In this document: positions 56,826-64,000 of the stretch, piece by piece
Numbering within the stretch: position 1 is the stretch's first letter
Layout: each line of letters begins with the position of its first letter
DNA from: an uncultured Trueperaceae bacterium
GTDB lineage: Bacteria > Deinococcota > Deinococci > Deinococcales > Trueperaceae
Length of the DNA stretch: 64,000 nucleotides
Assembly: GCA_963727505.1 (NCBI GenBank)
Contig: CAVSGP010000009.1
Span: 320,001 to 384,000 of the forward strand
Direction of reading: 5' to 3'
Notes under the pieces: model-generated
The model's database searches: none
Told to the model about the DNA's origin: nothing
Seen by the model: the letters and a program-made list of their open reading frames with translations, nothing else
Program-made: the position numbers and the translations under genes

Positions 56826-57050
56826 TTACTTCGCCTTGGCGCTCTTGCGGTAGCTGTCGCCGAAGCGCTTCTGGAACTTCTCGACGCGTCCTTCGGTGTC
56901 GATGAAGCGCTGCTGGCCCGTGTAGAAGGGATGATTGCCCGACCACACGTCGACGTGCAACTCCGGCTTGGTGCTGTAGGTCTCCAGCACGACCTTGCCT
57001 TCGCAGATCACCTTGCACGGCACCATCTTGGGGTGGATGTCCTTTTTCAT
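56826..57050 (-). CDS. rpmE: 50S ribosomal protein L31
   Basis: MKKDIHP...DVWSGNHPFYTG...GRVEKF. Confidence 0.97.
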   Translation of the reverse strand: MKKDIHPKMVPCKVICEGKVVLETYSTKPELHVDVWSGNHPFYTGQQRFIDTEGRVEKFQKRFGDSYRKSAKAK

Positions 57051-57138
57051 CGCTCGTCCTCCGCCCGGCGCCGGCCCTTCGGGGCGCCCGGGTTCGCTTC
57101 AAAGCCTAGCCACTGTAGCAGACGTGGGCGCTCCCTAG

Positions 57139-57576
57139 CTAGCCCGGGTCCGACGTGCCCGCGCCGTTCGCGTCCCTGAGCTGCCGCTTCACGCGCGCCA
57201 GGATGGCGCCCATCCCCCGCAACCGCAGCGGCGAGATGAGCTCGGCCAGGCCCATGGTCTCGTAGAAGTCGTCCGGCGTAGCCAGCACTTCCTCGACGCT
57301 CGCGCCGGACAGCCCCTCGTGCATCACCCCGGCGAAGCCGCGGGTGGTCGGGGCCTCTTCGGGGGCATCGAAGAACAGGCGAACGCCGTCGTCGGCCGCC
57401 TGCGCCTTGAGGAACAGAGGTGTCTGACATTCGTGGACGCGTTCGAGCTCCGCGTTCATGCCCTCGGGCAGGGGCGGGACCTTGCCGGCGTACTCCAACA
57501 GCAGGGGCAGCTTGAGGCTCTTCGGCGCCTTGCGGAAGGTATCGATGATCGACTGGAGGGGGGCAGGCACGCTCAC
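57139..57576 (-). CDS. sufE: SufE family sulfur acceptor
   Basis: LLEYA..PP, VHECQTP, EAPTTRGFA, SPLRLRG. Confidence 0.9.
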   Translation of the reverse strand: MSVPAPLQSIIDTFRKAPKSLKLPLLLEYAGKVPPLPEGMNAELERVHECQTPLFLKAQAADDGVRLFFDAPEEAPTTRGFAGVMHEGLSGASVEEVLATPDDFYETMGLAELISPLRLRGMGAILARVKRQLRDANGAGTSDPG

Positions 57577-57670
57577 GCCTGCCAGCCTAGCCTCGCGAAC
57601 GCCCCGCCGACGTCGTCTGGGAGGGATCGACGGCGCGGAGAGCGTGCAGCCGGTGGTATCCTTCTGGACG

Positions 57671-58975
57671 ATGTCGACGCTGCCATCGATCGTGACTGTA
57701 GGACCGCAGGGGACCGTAGACGGCACCGTGCGCGTCCCGGGCTCGAAGAGCCTGACCAACCGCGCGCTCGTCATCGCTGCGCTCGCCGACGGTGCCAGCC
57801 GACTCGACGGGGCGCTCGTCGCGGAGGACTCGGAGGTCCTCCTCCGCGCCCTCAGCACCCTGGGCTTCCGGGTCGAGGCGCGCGGACCCCGCATCGTCGT
57901 CCAGGGCATGGGCGGTCGCGTGCCGGAGCGGTCGGCGGAACTCGATGTGCGCCTGTCGGGGACCAGCATGCGCTTCCTGACGGCGCTGGTGGCCCTGGGT
58001 CATGGGCGCTACCGGCTGGACGGCAACGCCCGCATGCGCGAGCGGCCCATCCAGGACCTGTTGAGCGCCCTGCGGGACCTCGGCGCCGACGCCGTCAGCG
58101 AGGCAGGGAACGGCTGTCCGCCGGTGGTGGTTCGCGCCGGTGGGCTACGCGGCGGCATCGTCACGGTCGAGGGAGGCAGAAGCTCGCAGTATCTCTCCGC
58201 CCTGTTGATGGTCGCGCCGTACGCCGACGCCGCAGTCACGCTGGAAGTCGCGGGCGAACTCCAGTCCAAGCCCTTCGTCGACATGACGCTGGCGCTGATG
58301 GGCGATTTCGGAGTAGAGGTCCGCCGCGAGGGCTACCACCGCTTCACGGTGACACCGGGTCGCTACCGGCCGCGCGACCTGGACATCGAGGGCGATGCCA
58401 TGGCCGCCGGCTACTTCTGGGGCGCTGCCGCGATCACGGGCGGGCGCGTGTGCGTGTCGAACCTTGGCAAGGGCACCCGGCAGGGGGACGCACGTTTCGC
58501 CGGAGTGCTGGCGGAAATGGGTTGTGAGGTGCGCTGGGGCGACGGCGGCTGTGAGGTGCGCGGCCCGCGGCCGGGACGGTTGCACGGCGGCACGTTCGAT
58601 CTCAACGACATGCCGGATCAGGCGCAGACGCTGGCCGCGGTGGCGCTCTTCGCCGACGCTCCGGTCCATATCCGGAACGTCTGGAACTTGCGCATCAAGG
58701 AGACCGATCGGCTGGCGGCGTTGACCACCGAGCTCCGTCGCCTGGGCGCCGAAGTGGAGGAGGAGGACGACAGCATCACGGTGCACCCGCTCGAACGCCC
58801 ACCCGCGGGCGACGTTGCGCTCGAGACCTACGGCGATCACCGCATGGCCATGGCGTTGGCCGTGGTCGGCGCGCGATTGCCGGGCGTGTCCATCCGGGAC
58901 CCGAGCTGCGTGGCCAAGACCTACCCTCGCTTCTTCGAGGAGTTCCTCGGGCTGCTCGCCGGAAGGCTATCATGA
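57671..58975 (+). CDS. aroA: 3-phosphoshikimate 1-carboxyvinyltransferase
   Basis: PGSKSLTNR, SGTSMRF, SSQYLSALL, RIKETDR, DHRMAM, KTYP. Confidence 0.98.
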   Translation: MSTLPSIVTVGPQGTVDGTVRVPGSKSLTNRALVIAALADGASRLDGALVAEDSEVLLRALSTLGFRVEARGPRIVVQGMGGRVPERSAELDVRLSGTSMRFLTALVALGHGRYRLDGNARMRERPIQDLLSALRDLGADAVSEAGNGCPPVVVRAGGLRGGIVTVEGGRSSQYLSALLMVAPYADAAVTLEVAGELQSKPFVDMTLALMGDFGVEVRREGYHRFTVTPGRYRPRDLDIEGDAMAAGYFWGAAAITGGRVCVSNLGKGTRQGDARFAGVLAEMGCEVRWGDGGCEVRGPRPGRLHGGTFDLNDMPDQAQTLAAVALFADAPVHIRNVWNLRIKETDRLAALTTELRRLGAEVEEEDDSITVHPLERPPAGDVALETYGDHRMAMALAVVGARLPGVSIRDPSCVAKTYPRFFEEFLGLLAGRLS

Positions 58976-59688
58976 GCTTGCGGAGCGAAAGGGGAGGCGC
59001 CAGCATGGTGGAGGCCGGCCCAGACGCCACAACCGAGGACCGCGGGTCCGGGCGCAGCGTGATCACGCTCGATGGACCGGCCGCGTCGGGCAAGTCGAGC
59101 GTGGCCCGCCTGGTGGCGGGACGCCTCGGCATCCCGTTCGTCTCCAGCGGCCTGCTCTACCGTGCCGCAACCTGGCTGGTGGAGGAGCTGGACGGCGACC
59201 CAGACGACGAGGGCGCAGTGTTGCGGATCCTCGTGGAGCGGCGCGTACGGCTCGTGCCGTCGCTGACGGGCGACCGCATCGTTTTGGACGGCCGCGACGT
59301 GACCGCTGCGCTCCACACCGACGCGGTGGACGCCGTGGTTTCGGTGGTGGCTCGCCATCCCGGAGTGCGGGGGTGGGTCACGGAGCGCCTGCGGGAGATC
59401 CCCGGGCCCTTCGTCATCGACGGACGTGACATGGGCACCGCTGTATTCCCGGACGCCCGCTTCAAGTTCTATCTGACGGCGCCCGCTGAGGTGCGTGCCC
59501 GGCGCCGGGTCGGCGAGCGCACGGCGGACCTGGCCTCGGTCGCCGACGCCATCGGACGGCGTGACCGGCTCGACGCGGCCCAGTCCGCACCGGCCGGCGA
59601 CGCTGTCCACGTCGAGACCGGCGAGCTCACGCTGGACCAGGTGGTGGACCGGGTCATGGAAGAGCTCTCCGGGGTGGGTGCGGCTTGA
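58972..59688 (+). CDS. cmk: Cytidylate kinase
   Basis: DGPAASGKSS, SGLLYRA, DGRDMGT.VFPDA, RRD..D. Confidence 0.96.
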   Translation: MSLRSERGGASMVEAGPDATTEDRGSGRSVITLDGPAASGKSSVARLVAGRLGIPFVSSGLLYRAATWLVEELDGDPDDEGAVLRILVERRVRLVPSLTGDRIVLDGRDVTAALHTDAVDAVVSVVARHPGVRGWVTERLREIPGPFVIDGRDMGTAVFPDARFKFYLTAPAEVRARRRVGERTADLASVADAIGRRDRLDAAQSAPAGDAVHVETGELTLDQVVDRVMEELSGVGAA

Positions 59689-60581
59689 GCTCCGAGCTGT
59701 CCACCACCGCCGGAAGGCCGTTCACCACGCCCGCCGCCAACCTGCAGCGTGCGATCGTGACCAGCACCCGTTTCAAGCCCGAGGCGCACGCGCTCGCCGG
59801 TGAGCTTGCCGACCGGCTCCGGGAGCTGGGCGCCGCCGTCGAGCTCGATCTCGACGGGACGATGCCGTTGGGCGAGCGTTCGAACGACGCCGACGTGGTG
59901 TTCTCGGTCGGAGGGGACGGCACGCTGCTCGGTGCCGCTCGGCGCCTGGTGGGGAGCGCGGCGCCCGTGGTCGGCGTGAACCTGGGTAAGCTCGGCTTCC
60001 TGGCAGAGTTCAGTGCCGACGAGGTCCGCGAGTACCTCGAGGGGCGTGCCCCGGACGACTGGCGCATCAATCCCCGCATCATGCTGCAGGTGTGGTTGAA
60101 CGGTGGCGGTGAGCCCACCTTCGCGCTCAACGACGTGGTGGTCTCGCAGGGGGTGGTGGCGCGCCTCGTCAACATCGCCATGGAGGTGGACGGCGCCCAC
60201 GCCATCCAGTACCGGGCCGACGGGTTGGTGGTGTCCACGCCGGTGGGGTCCACCGCCTACTCCTTGTCGTTGGGCGGACCGATCGTGAGCCAATCGTTGC
60301 GGGCGTTCGTGATCACTCCGCTGGCCCCGCACTCGCTCACCAACCGCCCCATCGTCGTCGAGGGCGGCGTGCTCGTGAGCTTCCGGGTGGAGAGCGACGC
60401 CCACGAGCTGGCCCTGGTGGTCGACGGTCAGGAGCGCATCGACCTTCGGCAAGGCGACCGCTTCACCATCGCGGCGGCGCCGACCGACCTGATGCTCGTG
60501 TCCTCGGGTCGGCACAGCTTCTTCGACATCTTGCGCTTCAAGCTCCGATGGGGCGCGCCCCCCCGCATGCGGGAGAGCTGA
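59685..60581 (+). CDS. ppnK: NAD(+) kinase
   Basis: GGDGTLL, GKLGFL, LND, DGLVVSTPVGSTAYSLSLGG. Confidence 0.96.
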   Translation: MSSELSTTAGRPFTTPAANLQRAIVTSTRFKPEAHALAGELADRLRELGAAVELDLDGTMPLGERSNDADVVFSVGGDGTLLGAARRLVGSAAPVVGVNLGKLGFLAEFSADEVREYLEGRAPDDWRINPRIMLQVWLNGGGEPTFALNDVVVSQGVVARLVNIAMEVDGAHAIQYRADGLVVSTPVGSTAYSLSLGGPIVSQSLRAFVITPLAPHSLTNRPIVVEGGVLVSFRVESDAHELALVVDGQERIDLRQGDRFTIAAAPTDLMLVSSGRHSFFDILRFKLRWGAPPRMRES

Positions 60582-60620
60582 GCCCGCGCGCATGCGCGCG
60601 GCGCCTCGGAAGTCCCTGCG

Positions 60621-61805
60621 GTGCCCAGCATCACGATCGTCTCCAACGGACATGGCGAGGACGTCATCGGAGCCTCGCTGGGGCGGGCGATCCTCGGAAT
60701 CGCTCCCGGCGTGACGGTCCGCGCCTTCCCCCTCGTCGACGAAGGCGGCGCGTATCGCGCCCACGCCATCCCCAGGCTCGGCCCCTGCCGGGCGCTGCCC
60801 AGCGGCGGCCTCACCATGCACTCGACGGAGAGCTTCGTTGCCGACGTCCGGGCCGGCTTCGTCGGCATGACGCTCGGCCAGCTCGCGGAGCTGGCGCGGC
60901 TTCGCAGCGACGTCGTGGTGGTGGTGGGCGACATCTACGCCCAGGCGCTGGCGGCCTTCACGCGCTCGTCGTTCCGGGCCGTGGTACAGCCGCTGGTCTC
61001 CGCCTACCATCGCTCGGGCGCGGGTCGGCCGCCGCCCAACCGCTACTTCATGGAGCGCATCAGCTATCCCGAGCGTGCGCTGATGCGCCACCTCGCCTCG
61101 GTCGTGTACGCCCGCGACGACGCCACCGCCGCCTGGTTGGGAGCGCACGGTGTCCGGCACGCGCTGTCGCTCGGAAACCCGATGGTGGATCTGGCCGCGG
61201 GGCGCCCCTTGGAGGGCGTGCACGGGCGGCACACCGTGGCTCTCCTCCCCGGAACCCGGGTCCACACGCCGATCGCCCTCGCCCGCATGGCGCAGGCGTT
61301 GAAGCGCCTGCCGGACGTGACGGGCCTGGTCGCGTGGCAAGGAGGGGCGGTGCCCCCGCTACCGGGCTGGGAGGAGGAGGCGGGCGCCCCACCTGTGCAG
61401 GGTCGCGTGGCAGCCCTGCGTCACGGTGCCAGCCGCCTGTGGGTGATGGAAGGACGTTTCGGCGACGTGCTCGCCAGCGCGCGCGTCGCGGTCGGCACCG
61501 CCGGTACCGCCAACGAGCAGGCGGCCGCCCGTGGCGTGCCGGTGGTGTCCTTCCCGGTGGAGCCCTCGCATGCTCGGACGTTCCTGGACAACCAGAAGCG
61601 CCTGCTGGGCGATGCGCTCACGCTGAGCGGGGGAGATCCGGCGGACATCGCCGCCGCCGTCCGGGCGCTGCTCGTCGACGAGGCGGCATGGGAGCGTGCC
61701 TCGCAGGCGGGGCAGCAACGCATGGGCGCTCCGGGCGGCAGCCGGGCGATCGCCGGCGACCTTCTGGAGCGAGTCACCCGCACCGTGCCCTCGTTCCGGG
61801 CGTGA
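60621..61805 (+). CDS. Lipid-A-disaccharide synthase-related glycosyltransferase (GT-B)
   Basis: SNGHGED, PLV.EG..Y, LPSGG, VGD, GNPMVD, LLPGTR, AGTANEQ, RMG..G. Confidence 0.85.
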   Translation: MPSITIVSNGHGEDVIGASLGRAILGIAPGVTVRAFPLVDEGGAYRAHAIPRLGPCRALPSGGLTMHSTESFVADVRAGFVGMTLGQLAELARLRSDVVVVVGDIYAQALAAFTRSSFRAVVQPLVSAYHRSGAGRPPPNRYFMERISYPERALMRHLASVVYARDDATAAWLGAHGVRHALSLGNPMVDLAAGRPLEGVHGRHTVALLPGTRVHTPIALARMAQALKRLPDVTGLVAWQGGAVPPLPGWEEEAGAPPVQGRVAALRHGASRLWVMEGRFGDVLASARVAVGTAGTANEQAAARGVPVVSFPVEPSHARTFLDNQKRLLGDALTLSGGDPADIAAAVRALLVDEAAWERASQAGQQRMGAPGGSRAIAGDLLERVTRTVPSFRA

Positions 61806-61843
61806 GCCGTCCAGGGGTCCGGGGGGGCGTCGGTTCGCGGTGC

Positions 61844-62908
61844 TCAGTCGCCGACGGACACGGCCACGCGTTCCGTGCTGTGCCCGGGTACGCGGCCCTC
61901 GCTCAGCAGCTCGCTCAGGCGTGACAGGCAGCGCAGATGCTTCTTGGCATAGGCGCTGTCGCGATAGCTGGGATCGAACAGTTCGCTCAGGGGCGTGGTG
62001 CCGCTGGCCCGCAGGCCGATCCCCAGATCGTAGAGCTTGTCGACGAAGTGCACGAAGCGAAGGGCGTCGTTCTGCGTCGCCAGGGGTCGGACGCCGGCCA
62101 GGTAGAAGGTGCCCACCTGCCGCAGCAATCCGTCGTAGCGCGAAGGGTGGAGGCCTGTGAGGAGCGTCAGCAGGGCGTCGAACTCGGCGAACACCCGGGG
62201 TGGCTCGGCCGGCTCCTCGAGGCATGCCCGTTCGAAGTCGGCGCGAGGCGTGAGGACGCCCAGCCGGCTGCGGTGCCGGTAGTCGGGGCCGTCCATGGTG
62301 ACGGCCTCGAAGCGGTCGGCCAGCGACTGGATCTCGCGCCGGAAGTCCTCGGCGTTGAAGCGCCCCCGCCCCTGCGCTTCGGGCGCGGTGTTGGAGGTGG
62401 TGAGGACGTATCCGCCCGCCTCGGCCAGGGTGTTCAGGAAGGTCTTGACGATCAGGGTGTTGCCGGGGTCGTCGAGCTCGAACTCGTCGATGCACAGAAG
62501 GCGCGCTCCACCGAGGAGCTCACCCGCTCGCTCCATGCCCAGCACTCCGATGAGGTAGACGAGTTCCTGGAAGCTCAGGTAGTGCTTGGCCTCCAGGTCG
62601 GCGTGATAGAAGGCGGCCGCCAGCAGGTGCGTCTTGCCGACGCCGAAGCCGCCGTCGAGGTAGAGCCCGCGGCCGGGAGCCGGGCGGCGGCGTACGGGCC
62701 AGGGGAAGCGCCGGCTCGGAGGGTTCGCCAGCGCGCGCTCGGCCTCCTCGACGAACGCCCGGACGCGCGCCTGCGCCGCGGCCTGGCTGGGGTGCTGCGG
62801 TCGATAGCCCTCGAACGATACGCGTTCGAAGCGTGGGGGAGGCACGAGCCGGTCGGCACGAGCCGCCGGTGGGGCGGCGAGCTCCGAGAGGGAGCGTAGC
62901 TGCGTCAC
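61844..62908 (-). CDS. zapE: AFG1/ZapE family ATPase
   Basis: PPPRF, YLDGGFGVGKTHLL, CIDEFELDDPG, TTSN, DYRHR, D.LYD; GTG start after TAGGCT. Confidence 0.92.
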   Translation of the reverse strand: MTQLRSLSELAAPPAARADRLVPPPRFERVSFEGYRPQHPSQAAAQARVRAFVEEAERALANPPSRRFPWPVRRRPAPGRGLYLDGGFGVGKTHLLAAAFYHADLEAKHYLSFQELVYLIGVLGMERAGELLGGARLLCIDEFELDDPGNTLIVKTFLNTLAEAGGYVLTTSNTAPEAQGRGRFNAEDFRREIQSLADRFEAVTMDGPDYRHRSRLGVLTPRADFERACLEEPAEPPRVFAEFDALLTLLTGLHPSRYDGLLRQVGTFYLAGVRPLATQNDALRFVHFVDKLYDLGIGLRASGTTPLSELFDPSYRDSAYAKKHLRCLSRLSELLSEGRVPGHSTERVAVSVGD

Positions 62909-62940
62909 AGCGCGGAGCCTACCACGCCCGTTCGGGCGTG

Positions 62941-63008
62941 CCCGAAGCCGGTGCGCCCGAGTCCGGTGCGCCCGAAGCCGGTGCGCCCGAAGCCGGTGCA
63001 CCCGAGGC
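62941..63008. repeat. 15-bp tandem repeat, ~4.5 copies
   Basis: CCCGAAGCCGGTGCG / CCCGAGTCCGGTGCG / CCCGAAGCCGGTGCG / CCCGAAGCCGGTGCA / CCCGAGGC. Confidence 0.92.
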
Positions 63009-63031
63009 GGGCGAGGCACGGCGCGAACGGT

Positions 63032-63060
63032 TTGACACCCCGGGAGGGGCGTCGTACGCT
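63032..63060 (+). promoter_or_regulatory. Sigma70 promoter of the B12 riboswitch transcript
   Basis: TTGACA-17 bp-TACGCT. Confidence 0.85.
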
Positions 63061-63065
63061 TTGAG

Positions 63066-63190
63066 CATCGGTTCACGGGGAAGTCCGGTGCGATCCCGGC
63101 GCTGTCCCGCAACGGTAAAGAGCCGCCCGGCGGCCGAAGCCCGAGTACCGCGATCCGACGAAGCACCCCCTTGCGAGGACGAGGAAGGGC
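63066..63190 (+). ncRNA. Cobalamin riboswitch
   Basis: GGGGAAGTCCGGTGCGATCCCGGCGCTGTCCCGCAACGGT...AAGCCCGAGTACC B12-box pattern upstream of a BtuF-like gene; 3' boundary approximate. Confidence 0.9.
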
Positions 63191-63223
63191 TGCCCAGAAG
63201 CCACCCGTGCGGCTTTCCGGCGT

Positions 63224-63253
63224 CCATCCCCTCCGGGATGGATCTCTTTTTCT
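63224..63253 (+). terminator. Riboswitch expression-platform terminator
   Basis: TCCATCCC-CTCC-GGGATGGA followed by TCTCTTTTT. Confidence 0.75.
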
Positions 63254-63280
63254 CCAATCGCAGGAGCTGAGGAGGCGTTT

Positions 63281-64000
63281 GTGGTTCAGCGCGCGGCTTT
63301 CCTCGTGGTCCTGCTCGTGGCGCTCCAGATGGCGCTGGCGACGACCTACCCTCTCACCGTTCACGACGAGCTCGGGGCGGAACTGACGCTGCCGGGCCCG
63401 CCGCAGCGCATCGTGTCGATGATCCCCAGCGACACCGAGACCGTATGCGCGCTGGGCGCGTGCGATCGCCTGGTCGGGATCGACGCCCTCAGCAACTGGC
63501 CCGCTCGGGTCGCGTCGCTGCCCCGGCTCGGCAATGCCAACGACCCCAACATGGAACGGCTGGTGGCCCTGAAGCCCGATCTCGTCCTCACCGACGAGTA
63601 CAGCGGCCTCGCCGATCGCGTGCGCAAATTGGGCATCCCGGTGTACGCCGGTACGCCGCAGACCTACCCGCAGGCCCTCGACTTCCTGGACGCCATGGGC
63701 CGACTGCTCGACCGCCAGACGGCGGCCGGCGTCCTGCGCGGCCGGATCGAAGGCCAGGTGGCGGCGGCGGCGTCGAGGGTCGCCGGCCTGCCGCGGGTGA
63801 GTGTGTTCGTCGAGCTCGACAGCACCCCCTACAGTGTGGGACCGACGTCCTACCTCGGAACGCTGCTCGCCAAGGCTGGTGGCCAAACCATCGTGCGCGC
63901 GTCGATGGGAGAGTACCCCCAGGTCGATCCCGAGTACGTGGTACAGCAAGACCCCCAGGTGGTGCTGCTGATGGACGCACCGTACGGCCAGACCCTCGCT
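63281..64000 (+). CDS. btuF: Cobalamin/iron-chelate ABC substrate-binding protein (partial, runs off the right edge)
   Basis: GGAGG then GTG; signal peptide, YPLTVHDELG, PQRIVS..PSDTE, LVGID, ERLVALKPDLVL; absent from the ORF track. Confidence 0.88.
   Translation, partial: MVQRAAFLVVLLVALQMALATTYPLTVHDELGAELTLPGPPQRIVSMIPSDTETVCALGACDRLVGIDALSNWPARVASLPRLGNANDPNMERLVALKPDLVLTDEYSGLADRVRKLGIPVYAGTPQTYPQALDFLDAMGRLLDRQTAAGVLRGRIEGQVAAAASRVAGLPRVSVFVELDSTPYSVGPTSYLGTLLAKAGGQTIVRASMGEYPQVDPEYVVQQDPQVVLLMDAPYGQTLA

Noticed and set aside
62941..63008. CRISPR-like array
   Set aside because: The repeats are contiguous with no spacers, and no cas genes are present.
62919..63257. ORF with GAPAS repeats, and the N-terminal extension of the 701-aa zapE ORF
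   Set aside because: Both are translations of the 15-bp repeat and of the antisense riboswitch/btuF region.

Overview
This is a high-GC chromosomal segment from a Deinococcota bacterium, probably Truepera-like (inferred from the L31, ValS and RecA styles and from widespread leaderless TANNNT promoters). It is mostly housekeeping: moaED-hrcA, guaA, mrp, T-box-valS-hutH, pstSCAB, nifJ plus a DHOD-like gene, pth-rplY-prs, cinA-recA-rny, an AAA+/vWA pair, csaB, udk-pyrG, fluoride riboswitch-crcB-2xDUF190, gmk-rpoZ-coaBC-argR, aroA-cmk-ppnK, zapE and cobalamin riboswitch-btuF. I saw no mobile elements, CRISPR arrays, tRNA or rRNA genes. Three signals stand out. (1) The left-edge operon has two paralogues that share an N-terminal helical domain and a C-terminal Roadblock/MglB-like domain; one has a ~700-aa coiled coil between the domains and is missing from the ORF track. 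They flank a membrane protein. (2) The recA core is written almost entirely in G/T-ending, C-avoiding codons, with sharp borders. (3) A candidate ~95-nt sRNA with C-rich loops is transcribed divergently from cinA-recA next to a palindromic operator-like site. All calls come from reading the sequence by eye; no searches were run.
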